64,000 nt of DNA, taken from Verrucomicrobia bacterium UBA3624. Its GTDB lineage: Bacteria > Verrucomicrobiota > Kiritimatiellia > RFP12 > UBA1067. The stretch lies in assembly GCA_002373695.1 (NCBI GenBank), contig DFLH01000001.1, forward strand, positions 114-64,113. Direction: 5' to 3'. The position numbers and the translations under genes were made by a program. Below the pieces are notes generated by a model, which had not been told where the DNA came from, did not search any database, and was given only the letters and a program-made list of their open reading frames with translations. Below, one piece after another: positions 28,650-36,984 of this stretch (position 1 is its first letter; each line of letters begins with the position of its first letter).

Positions 28650-29480
28650 ATGGAACGGACGACGCTGGAAATGTTCAGGGAGGAACTGCTTCGCACGGGA
28701 TCGTATGCTACTCCGCCGGCACGCATGGTGCCCAGTCCGCGCAAGCCTGGACGATGGACGACAATCAGTTTCACGTGGAGCGTGTTCAGCGTGTTCCCCC
28801 GGTGTGCCGTCAGCGAGAACTTGCGGTGCTTGACCACGGACAAATGGGCGCACTACTGCTTCGCGGCGCACCGGAAGGCGGAGGCGTTCGGAACGCAGGT
28901 GATCGCGGACGGATGGGCGAACAGGCGCGGCTACGATGGGCCGGTCGTCTATCTTTGCAATCACATGTCTACATTGGAGACGATACTTCTCCCATACGTG
29001 CTGCTCACGTTCGGGCCGTTCAACGTAGTCGTCAAGGCGTCGCTTTCCCATCTGCCGGGATTGACGCGCGCGGCCCGGCACATGGGGCTGATACCGATCG
29101 GACGCCAGTCGCCGCGTGAAGATCTGATGACGATATTCAAGACGGGTGGAGACCGGATATCCAAAGGCGTGTCGGTCCTTATTTTCGCCCAAGGCACGCG
29201 CCAGCCCGTTTTCGCCCGCAAAGGATGGAGTTCGATCGGTGCAAAGCTTGCGGAAAAGGCTGGCGTGCCGGTGATGCCGATCGCGGTCAAGACGGACATC
29301 CAGCCCACGCGCCCGGACGGCAAGGGCTGGCTGAAGGATTTCGGGACTGTCGACCCTTCAAAGACGATCCGCCTGCGCTGCGGCCCGGCCCTGAACGGAA
29401 CGTCGAAGGAAATGCACGGTGCTTCCTTCGACTGGATCAAGGCCCAGCTGGACGAATGGGGCCTGCCGACGGACGGCTAG
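28650..29480 (+). CDS. Lysophospholipid (1-acyl-sn-glycerol-3-phosphate) acyltransferase family protein
   Basis: Motif I reads NHMSTLE (HX4E rather than HX4D). The motif III-like segment is FAQGTR. Confidence 0.7.
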   Translation: MERTTLEMFREELLRTGSYATPPARMVPSPRKPGRWTTISFTWSVFSVFPRCAVSENLRCLTTDKWAHYCFAAHRKAEAFGTQVIADGWANRRGYDGPVVYLCNHMSTLETILLPYVLLTFGPFNVVVKASLSHLPGLTRAARHMGLIPIGRQSPREDLMTIFKTGGDRISKGVSVLIFAQGTRQPVFARKGWSSIGAKLAEKAGVPVMPIAVKTDIQPTRPDGKGWLKDFGTVDPSKTIRLRCGPALNGTSKEMHGASFDWIKAQLDEWGLPTDG

Positions 29481-30349
29481 CGCGCCTTGTTGACGGCTTC
29501 CATAGCGCACTTGCGCATCATGACGGCACGTTCCTCGGAGAGGAATTCCGGGCGGTACGGGAGTTTTGTGGCATCGTAACCGAAGAGAGCCGCCAGCCAC
29601 GTGCACGCCTGAAGGTATTCGCCCTCGCGGTTCAGGTGGAACTTGTCCTTGCCAGCGGGTACGCCACACGGGTCGCCCGTTATGCCGTCTGCTGAAGGCA
29701 TGGCCTTGCGGAATCCCTGCACCGCGTCGCCGGTAGGGATGATCTTGAATCCGTACGGCTTGGCGAACCTTGCATAGGCGTCCACGATTTTCTCGTACAT
29801 AGTCTGCTGGTCGATGCCCCACTTGGCGAGGCGCTTGTCGTATGGCGTATAGGCCCACGTCTGCTGGATCATGATTTCCGCCTGCGGGGCGAGCTCCCTG
29901 ATCGTCTTGACGAGGTTGTCGCCGAACGGATGGTAGGTGTCCGGCTGCCAGCTGAAGCTGCTGGCCTGCTGCAGGGTGATAACGTCCCATTTGTCTGCGG
30001 CGAGCACCTCCGGGATGTTGGCCCTGCCGTCCACCGCCACTTTCGCCACGGGCGCATCTTTCTTATTGGCGGCGGTTGCATACGACCATTTGATCGCGTA
30101 GGGACGGAAATCCTTGTTGGTGGCCGCGACCACGTTGTTCCAGTGCCGTTCGAGGGAACAGCCGCCGATGTAGAGCGAACACAGGTCCAAAGTGCAGTCT
30201 GGCGCGGCGGCGGCGCACTGCGGCAATTGCTTCAGCAGGCATATGGAGAAGCTGTTGCCGATCGTCAGGACCTTGAGCGTCTTGGCCTGCGCGCCACACG
30301 CGGTTACGGCGATGAGAACCGCCACGACGGGTTTGATGACGTTTTTCAT
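29477..30349 (-). CDS. SGNH/DUF4886-like hydrolase lipoprotein
   Basis: The internal ATG (complement of 30347-30349) gives MKNVIKPVVAVLIAVTACG (lipobox) followed by LKVLTIGNSFS. This is the only minus-strand gene I call. The longer 399-aa ORF-track start is Arg-rich and implausible. Confidence 0.65.
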   Translation of the reverse strand: MKNVIKPVVAVLIAVTACGAQAKTLKVLTIGNSFSICLLKQLPQCAAAAPDCTLDLCSLYIGGCSLERHWNNVVAATNKDFRPYAIKWSYATAANKKDAPVAKVAVDGRANIPEVLAADKWDVITLQQASSFSWQPDTYHPFGDNLVKTIRELAPQAEIMIQQTWAYTPYDKRLAKWGIDQQTMYEKIVDAYARFAKPYGFKIIPTGDAVQGFRKAMPSADGITGDPCGVPAGKDKFHLNREGEYLQACTWLAALFGYDATKLPYRPEFLSEERAVMMRKCAMEAVNKAR

Positions 30350-30393
30350 GCGGACGATTATAGCACATGCGGACGCGCGTTGGCAACCAAATG

Positions 30394-30402
30394 TGGTATA
30401 AT
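30394..30402 (+). promoter_or_regulatory. Extended -10 element TGGTATAAT located 7 nt upstream of ATG 30410 (predicted leaderless transcript)
   Basis: Read directly: atgTGGTATAATgtcgcgcATG. There is no Shine-Dalgarno sequence. Confidence 0.45.
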
Positions 30403-30409
30403 GTCGCGC

Positions 30410-30952
30410 ATGTCTCAAGAATGGAACATCAAATCTCGCGGGCACGTCTGCTCGATCTGCGGCAAGCCGCTCGTCGACAAGGCGCCGGTGGTTTCCGTGC
30501 TGAAGGAACTGCCAGACGGCTACGAGCGCAAGGATTGCCATCCCGAGTGCTGGAAGACCGACCAGCGCGATTGGGAGCCGTTCAGCCAGTGGGAAGGCGT
30601 ATACGCCGCGCCGCCGCCGCCGGACGCGAAGAAGGAGCCTCTGAAGAAGGAGACTGCCGACGGGCTGCTGCGCCATCTGATCGCGCTTGAAGATCCAGCC
30701 ATGAAGAACGTGGTCTACGTGCTGGCCGTAATGCTTGAACGGTCAAAGATCCTGGTCGAGCGCGACGCCCACGAACAGCCCGACCACACTATAATCCGCG
30801 TCTACGAGCACCGCAAGACGGGCGAATCGTTTGTCGTGCTCGATCCGCGAATCCGTCTGGAAAACCTTTCGGAGGTGCAGCAGCAAGTCGTCGCGCTGCT
30901 CTCCGGCACGAAGACGCTGGGAGAGGTGTCGGCAGAGGAGAAAGAGTCATGA
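30410..30952 (+). CDS. Conserved-looking hypothetical protein with an N-terminal Cys4 zinc-ribbon-like motif
   Basis: MSQEWNIKSRGHVCSICGKP...CHPECW. There is an ATGA overlap with hisD downstream. Confidence 0.55.
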   Translation: MSQEWNIKSRGHVCSICGKPLVDKAPVVSVLKELPDGYERKDCHPECWKTDQRDWEPFSQWEGVYAAPPPPDAKKEPLKKETADGLLRHLIALEDPAMKNVVYVLAVMLERSKILVERDAHEQPDHTIIRVYEHRKTGESFVVLDPRIRLENLSEVQQQVVALLSGTKTLGEVSAEEKES

Positions 30953-32250
30953 TCCGAATTATCGACTGGTCTGCGGCAAAGCCGCAAAACAAGATTGTCA
31001 CGCGTTTCCTGCAGAGGAGCGCGTTCCCTGAAGAGGCCGAGAAGGCGGCGTCCGAGGTGCTGTCCGCCATTCGCGCGGAAGGCGATGCCGCCGTGGCGAG
31101 ATTCGTGGCAAGGTTTGAAGGCGCGAAATTGTCGCCAAAGCGGTTTCGCGTGACTGACGCGGAGCTTGCCGCCGCCGAGGCGAAGGTTCCGCCTGCGCTG
31201 AAAAGGGCTGTGAAGGACGCCCATGCGCGGGTGATGAGGTTCTCAAAGGCGTCGTTGCGCGATCCATGGTCGATGAAGACGCCACGCGGCGGCACGGCGG
31301 GCGAGTTCTATTCGCCGATGGACCGAGTTGGCGTGTACGTGCCGGGCGGAACGGCGCCTCTTGCCTCCACGAGCGTGATGACGGTGACGCTTGCCAAGGC
31401 CGCCGGCGTCAAGGAGATCGTGGCGTGCACGCCAGCCGGTCCTGCGGGAACTCCCAATCCGGTGCTTCTCTACGCTCTCAAGCTCGCCGGCGCCACGGAA
31501 GTCTACCGCATAGGCGGTATCCAGGCCATAGGCCTCATGGCATTCGGCACCAAGACCGTGCGCAAGGTGCAGAAGATAGTCGGCCCCGGCAACGCCTACG
31601 TTACGGCGGCTAAACGTCAGGTGTATGGCTATGTGGGCATCGACCAGGTGGCTGGGCCTAGCGAGATCGCCGTTCTGGCGGACGGCACTGTGCCGGCGGC
31701 ATGGGTGGCGGCCGATCTCCTCTCGCAGGCCGAACACGGCAGCGGCTGGGAGAAGTCTCTGCTCGCCACGCCATCGCATGTGTTTGCGGAAGAGGTCAGG
31801 CGGGAAATGCTGGAGCAGACGAAGACCCTCTCGCGCAAGGAGCTGGTCAAGCGAGTCTTCGACCGCGATGGAGTGCTGATTGCCGTCACGCCTACGCTGG
31901 CGGAGGGCCTTGAGCTTGTAAACCGCTTCGCGCCCGAGCATTTCGAAATCATGTGCAAGGATGCGATGAAGCTGATGAAGGGCGTGCGCAGCGCCGGCGC
32001 GGTGTTTGCCGGCGCATGGACGCCTGAGTCCGCCGGCGACTTCGTGGCCGGCCCTTCGCACGTGCTGCCCACCGGCGGCGCAGCGAACATGTTCAACGGA
32101 CTCACCCCCGACGACTTCCGCCGCCGCCACAGTTTCGTGGCGTTTACGCAGGCGGATCTTGCCGAGACGGCGCCTACAATCGCCGCATTCGCGCAGGTGG
32201 AGGGACTCGACGGCCACGGCCGCGCGGCGGCGATAAGGTTCGAGCGTTGA
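30949..32250 (+). CDS. hisD: Histidinol dehydrogenase
   Basis: Motifs: GVYVPGGTAPLASTSVM, GPGNAYVTAAKR, AGPSEI, SQAEHG, APEHFEI and GDFVAGPSHVLPTGGAA. Confidence 0.93.
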   Translation: MIRIIDWSAAKPQNKIVTRFLQRSAFPEEAEKAASEVLSAIRAEGDAAVARFVARFEGAKLSPKRFRVTDAELAAAEAKVPPALKRAVKDAHARVMRFSKASLRDPWSMKTPRGGTAGEFYSPMDRVGVYVPGGTAPLASTSVMTVTLAKAAGVKEIVACTPAGPAGTPNPVLLYALKLAGATEVYRIGGIQAIGLMAFGTKTVRKVQKIVGPGNAYVTAAKRQVYGYVGIDQVAGPSEIAVLADGTVPAAWVAADLLSQAEHGSGWEKSLLATPSHVFAEEVRREMLEQTKTLSRKELVKRVFDRDGVLIAVTPTLAEGLELVNRFAPEHFEIMCKDAMKLMKGVRSAGAVFAGAWTPESAGDFVAGPSHVLPTGGAANMFNGLTPDDFRRRHSFVAFTQADLAETAPTIAAFAQVEGLDGHGRAAAIRFER

Positions 32251-35200
32251 GGCTGTCTGTGATACAGGCATGCCATCATGTCGTCTTGTTTCTTTGCTGT
32301 GCGCTATTGGCTGCTCTTGCGGTCGCGTGCGTCCTGGTTTGGCTGAAGAGGACGGGGCATTGGTTATGTGGAGCATTGCGCCCGACATCGTTGGGCGCAT
32401 TCCTTGTTTTGGCGGTAATAGCCGCCGCCGAGGCGCAGAAGCGCGGTGCGCCGCCGGCAGTCGCGAAGTGTGGATCGCTGGCAGGGGCGGGCGTCCCGCC
32501 CACCTGCGGACGCGCGGGACGCGCGTCTCTGCCATCGCCCTTCCCTCGTGGAAGCAGCGCTCCCTCCGCTTCGGCCCCATGGTTTGCCGGCATCTTGCCC
32601 ACGCCCACGTCCGTGTGGCTCTCCGTCGCGTGGCCGCCGTCCCTGTTCCCGGCCGGCGGATGGCTTGATGTCAAGGCATCGCATGAACTGGCGGCGGACA
32701 CGTGGGAGAACGTTGGTTCCGTAGCCGTCGGGCCATGGGAGACGAATGTCGAGATGGAGGTGATGCACACCAATCTGCCCGAAGGCGCTAACAGCCGGGC
32801 GTTCTTTCAGCTTGAGGCCAGACCTGCCAGTTCCCACGCCGTCAGCGACACGGACGGCGACGGCCTTGCGGACGAGGATGAGACCGGGACAATCGCCATC
32901 CTGCCGTCATTCGAGTGGCATGACACGTCAGGGTTCGCGGTGGCATATGGCCTTCCTCCGTCCACGGGCCTTGAGCCGTACTTCGGGGCGAGCCTGGTAT
33001 CGTGTCTTCCGGAAAGTCCTGTCGTCTTGAACGTCCCATTGACTGGCATGGTCTCTTTCGAGAACGGCTTCGTGTCGCTGACCGGCCCCGGCGACTTCAC
33101 GGGATGGGCATTCCCAGTCATGCCTGCGCCGCTATGTTTCCGCAGCTACAACTCCGGCAGCTTCCTCGTGGCACCGTATTGGGGGTTTGGATGCGTCCAG
33201 TACGGTAACACGAACTCGTATATGCGGGCTGGCAGACTGGAGGATGGCACGGCGGTGGTGGAGTTCCACGACATCAAGTACAGCCGGTCGTCAGGCGACG
33301 GGATGACGTACCAGGTCATAGTGCCTGGCGGTACGGGCGACGTGGTGCGGGTAAGCTATATGTCGTCCGACATTTGGATGGACGGGTCGAATGTGGTCGT
33401 CGGCGTGCAAAACGCCCGCAGGGTGTTGCCGGACGGCAGTCTTTACAATCTGACGTGGGATTTTGCCGTTCGCGGGCCGATTCTGCCCGGAACGACGGTC
33501 GAGTACCGTTTCGGCACGGGGACAGACCCCGGTTCGTCAGATTCCGACAACGACGGGCTTGACGATGCGGCGGAAGATGGTTTGGGGACAGACCCCTGGA
33601 AGCCGGACACGGACGGGGATGAATTGTCCGATAGGGAAGAGGTCGCCCTGGGGTCAGACCCTTTGAGCAGCGACACGGACGGCGACGGGCTGGCGGACGC
33701 ATGGGAGGTGGCGAACGGGCTGGATCCGGCTTCAAGCATGGGCGGCGACGGCGCGTCCGGAGACCCCGACAGCGATGGCCTGGCTAATGCGCAGGAGCAT
33801 CAGCATGGGACAGACCCCATGCAGGCCGACACGGACGGGGATGGATTGCCCGACGGGGAAGAGGTCGCCCTGGGGACAGACCCTTTGAACGGCGACACGG
33901 ACGGCGACGGGCTGAATGACGGATACGAGGTCGATCTGCTGCAAAGCGACCCGTTGTCGCGTGACACTGACGGTGACAGACTTGACGATGCGGCGGAAGA
34001 TGGTTTGGGGACAGACCCTTTGAACGGCGACACGGACGGCGACGGGCTGAATGACGGATGGGAACATGCGTACGGTTTAGATCCTCTGTCCGACAACTCC
34101 GCGACAGAACGGGTTGACGATGACGCGACGGCGGATTTCGACAACGACGGAATGGCCAATCTGCAGGAATCGGGTTCCTGGACCAGTCCTTTCGCTTCCG
34201 ACACGGACGGCGACGGACTGGAGGACCCTGCCGAGATAGCGGCGGGGACGGATCCGTTGTCGGCGGATACGGATTGCGACGGGCTGCCCGATGGAGATGA
34301 AATGACGTCAGGCACGAATCCCTTGCAGCCGGATACGGATGGGGACGGCATGGACGATGGGTGGGAGCATCGACACGGTTTTGATCCCACGACACGCAAT
34401 GACGATACTGCGAGGCCAGATGATGACGCCGGGGCGGATCCCGACGACGATGGATTGACAAACGCCGAGGAGTGCGAATGGCGAACAGATCCGGGTTCGG
34501 CGGACACGGATGGAGATGGAGTTTGCGACGGCGACGAAGCCGCTCGGGCCAGCGATCCGTCGGATGCGGCAGATGGCGGCGTGTCCGGTAGCAGGATCCC
34601 GGTACGGTTCTATTTCGGCGATGACAGCGGCAGCCATTCGGAGAAGTACCGGTTGACGGTCGAGCCTGTGTTGGGGCCGCCCGGCGAACCTCGTCCGCGT
34701 GCCATTTCGTGGATCAATGCCCGTTACGGCGTAGGAGAATGGAAGACGGCCATGCTCAAGCCGGGATGGAGATACGAGGTCAGGATGAGATGGGTGTCGT
34801 GCAGCCAGGTTCTCGATGGCGTTTACTACCCGAACTACGACTACTCGCTGATGCCGGAGACGAATGCCCTGCCGGCAAATGTCGTGGTACGTGACAAGGA
34901 GGGCCTCTTCAAGATGTGCTACTACGGGATTGACCGTTACGGACAGCCGGATTTTCCGGAATTGGACAAGACGGCGACCATCGACGTGTACAGGTTCGAT
35001 ATCGAGGAGATAAGGTTCAACCACGATCCCGATTCATGTTCGGCCGATGCGGTGAGCATCAGGCGGAACGCCCGCCAGCCGTTCGACCCGTCGCGCGGCG
35101 AATGGTGGCTTGGCGGCGGTGAGCCGAAGAACGACCCGGTGTGCTATGCGGGCGGTTCCCTGCCAACCGTCAAAGCCAGGTTGCGGGTGTCGCCGCCGCT

Positions 35201-36107
35201 TGATTCGGCGAGATTGTCCGCCAGGGCTGTCGATCCGGGTTCGCCGCTTGGCGGCTTGGGCCGTCAGACGGTTGCATTTGCAAACGGCGAATCGGGATTT
35301 ACGGATTTCCCGATGGATGCGGCAATTCCTCGCGCGGTGCGCAAGACAGATCACCGTTGGGAGTGGCAGGTGTCGCGGATGGACGGCGCGGCCGTTGCGG
35401 ATTTCGTATGCGCCACTACGGGACCGCATCGCGTGTATACGGTCATCGGCGAACCTGTCGAACCATGGGTGGCGAATGGCGCGGACGTGCAGAACCCGTG
35501 GGTAGACGCTCTTGAACTCGCCTGCGCGGTCGCCGACGGCAAGAGCGACAAGGTGCAGGCGCTTGCCGCCATCACGACTCACCTTTTCTACAACATGGGG
35601 TTTCAGTATGAGTCTAGAATGGGCGTGGCCAGCTATTATTCGTATGAACTTAACCGTTTTACATTGTCGAAGTACCTTGTTTCCGCCAAATCGTCTGTAA
35701 ACTGCTATGACCAGGCTTTTGGCGTTGCGACGCTTGGCAATTTACTGGGGATACATTCCACCCCGATGTTTACGCATCCGTTTGGCTTCATCAATACGGT
35801 TGCTCTAGTTGGAATCGGTCCTTGCAACAATCCATTTTATGCGGGACCTTATACGACTGTACATAGCATGTTAACCGGGGACGATGATGTACTCCGATCG
35901 GCCTTTGGCAATCATATGTACGTGTTTGCCGAAGGCGTGGTTTTTGATGCCTGTGCAGGGCCTGCGCTGGGCACGCAAACTCATGTGCAATTTTTGCGAA
36001 GTATGATTGACACTTCTACATGGGACGAACTGGTAATGAGTTTCTTCACACCGGTTGTTGGAGTATCTGAGACACATCCTTTAGAACGCAAGTATGTTAT
36101 TGACTAG
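32247..36107 (+). CDS. Membrane-anchored or secreted giant protein: 15 thrombospondin-type-3 Ca-binding repeats plus a C-terminal papain-like (transglutaminase/NlpC-P60 superfamily) module
   Basis: Two N-terminal hydrophobic segments are present. DxDxDGxxDxxE repeats occur from about 32850 and densely across 33540-34560. The candidate triad is C1153 (VNCYDQAF, codon 35703), H1223 (GNHMYVF, 35913) and D1234 (VVFDAC, 35946). The start is ambiguous: TTG 32247 overlaps the hisD stop, and GTG 32259 is the alternative. Confidence 0.7.
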   Translation: MRLSVIQACHHVVLFLCCALLAALAVACVLVWLKRTGHWLCGALRPTSLGAFLVLAVIAAAEAQKRGAPPAVAKCGSLAGAGVPPTCGRAGRASLPSPFPRGSSAPSASAPWFAGILPTPTSVWLSVAWPPSLFPAGGWLDVKASHELAADTWENVGSVAVGPWETNVEMEVMHTNLPEGANSRAFFQLEARPASSHAVSDTDGDGLADEDETGTIAILPSFEWHDTSGFAVAYGLPPSTGLEPYFGASLVSCLPESPVVLNVPLTGMVSFENGFVSLTGPGDFTGWAFPVMPAPLCFRSYNSGSFLVAPYWGFGCVQYGNTNSYMRAGRLEDGTAVVEFHDIKYSRSSGDGMTYQVIVPGGTGDVVRVSYMSSDIWMDGSNVVVGVQNARRVLPDGSLYNLTWDFAVRGPILPGTTVEYRFGTGTDPGSSDSDNDGLDDAAEDGLGTDPWKPDTDGDELSDREEVALGSDPLSSDTDGDGLADAWEVANGLDPASSMGGDGASGDPDSDGLANAQEHQHGTDPMQADTDGDGLPDGEEVALGTDPLNGDTDGDGLNDGYEVDLLQSDPLSRDTDGDRLDDAAEDGLGTDPLNGDTDGDGLNDGWEHAYGLDPLSDNSATERVDDDATADFDNDGMANLQESGSWTSPFASDTDGDGLEDPAEIAAGTDPLSADTDCDGLPDGDEMTSGTNPLQPDTDGDGMDDGWEHRHGFDPTTRNDDTARPDDDAGADPDDDGLTNAEECEWRTDPGSADTDGDGVCDGDEAARASDPSDAADGGVSGSRIPVRFYFGDDSGSHSEKYRLTVEPVLGPPGEPRPRAISWINARYGVGEWKTAMLKPGWRYEVRMRWVSCSQVLDGVYYPNYDYSLMPETNALPANVVVRDKEGLFKMCYYGIDRYGQPDFPELDKTATIDVYRFDIEEIRFNHDPDSCSADAVSIRRNARQPFDPSRGEWWLGGGEPKNDPVCYAGGSLPTVKARLRVSPPLDSARLSARAVDPGSPLGGLGRQTVAFANGESGFTDFPMDAAIPRAVRKTDHRWEWQVSRMDGAAVADFVCATTGPHRVYTVIGEPVEPWVANGADVQNPWVDALELACAVADGKSDKVQALAAITTHLFYNMGFQYESRMGVASYYSYELNRFTLSKYLVSAKSSVNCYDQAFGVATLGNLLGIHSTPMFTHPFGFINTVALVGIGPCNNPFYAGPYTTVHSMLTGDDDVLRSAFGNHMYVFAEGVVFDACAGPALGTQTHVQFLRSMIDTSTWDELVMSFFTPVVGVSETHPLERKYVID

Positions 36108-36120
36108 ACAAGGAGAAGCA

Positions 36121-36789
36121 ATGAAACGTGTAAATCTAATCGTGGTTGCCTCATCGTTCTTGATCTCATTTTATGCCCCATACACGGTTGCGACAGCTTC
36201 CTGGCATGACGGTTTGCCATCTGGAACATTCATAGACGGAACAACATCTCAACAGATGCAATGGAGACGGAATCGGGGACTGCAACTTATGCAGTATGCG
36301 GGTGTTGCAAGTGGCAATGAAACCATTATCTGCACGAACTGGACATGCCCGACGTCGATAATCGTAAATTTGGAGTGTTACAATGTCGTGACAAATTGGT
36401 GGCGAGGTTTGATTGAATATGACATTCTCACTACGAATCAGCCGCAGTTGAAGGTTGCATGTGGGAAAATCGTCTTATCCAATAACGAGCAAGAAGCGCG
36501 CCTGGATGCGTTCACAAGTGAAGCCGCGACGAGCATGGACTTGAGCATATATGCACATGGTCTTGTGGTTCAATCTGTAGATTCAAACACCAATATGATG
36601 TTCTTGACCAACGCACATTACAAACCGACTGACATTCGGCAACTTCTATACAAGAACATCCGCATAAAGTACGAAGTTGCAAATACTGCCACAAATACCG
36701 TGGCAACCAACGCGCTTGCTTTCACATCTGAACTCATCAATGCGGGTTTGCCGGAGGAAGATCGCATCCCGTTGCCGCCTACGCCTTGA
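36121..36789 (+). CDS. Low-GC orphan protein with a signal peptide or N-terminal anchor (candidate partner/immunity protein)
   Basis: AAGGAG lies 6 nt upstream of the ATG. N-terminus: MKRVNLIVVASSFLISFYAPYTVATA. Composition is AT-rich and continuous with the 3' end of the upstream gene. I recognise no family. Confidence 0.6.
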   Translation: MKRVNLIVVASSFLISFYAPYTVATASWHDGLPSGTFIDGTTSQQMQWRRNRGLQLMQYAGVASGNETIICTNWTCPTSIIVNLECYNVVTNWWRGLIEYDILTTNQPQLKVACGKIVLSNNEQEARLDAFTSEAATSMDLSIYAHGLVVQSVDSNTNMMFLTNAHYKPTDIRQLLYKNIRIKYEVANTATNTVATNALAFTSELINAGLPEEDRIPLPPTP

Positions 36790-36918
36790 ACATGCTACAA
36801 CAATCGCCCCATGAAACATCTGTACGACAGCTTGCGCGGATACATGAAGCAAGAAGAGGCCAAGCCCATGTCAAAGAACAAAAACATTGTCCGTCGCAAA
36901 AAAACTGGCGAATCGCCA

Positions 36919-36948
36919 TTGACATAATGCGCAGGGGGGGGGTATAAT
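36919..36948 (+). promoter_or_regulatory. Consensus sigma70 promoter TTGACA-18 bp-TATAAT whose spacer contains a G9 tract (36934-36942)
   Basis: Read directly: TTGACAtaatgcgcaGGGGGGGGGTATAAT. It lies 36 nt upstream of ATG 36985. Confidence 0.7.
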
Positions 36949-36984
36949 CGTGTAAACTTTAACTTACACGAAGGACTCCATACC

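Noticed and set aside
36811-36927. A 38-codon Lys/Arg-rich ORF (MKHLYDSLRGYMKQEEAKPMSKNKNIVRRKKTGESPLT) between the orphan ORF and the G9 promoter.
   Set aside because: There is no convincing RBS, and its stop overlaps the -35 hexamer. I cannot distinguish it from chance in AT-rich DNA. It is worth revisiting only if Ribo-seq shows translation.
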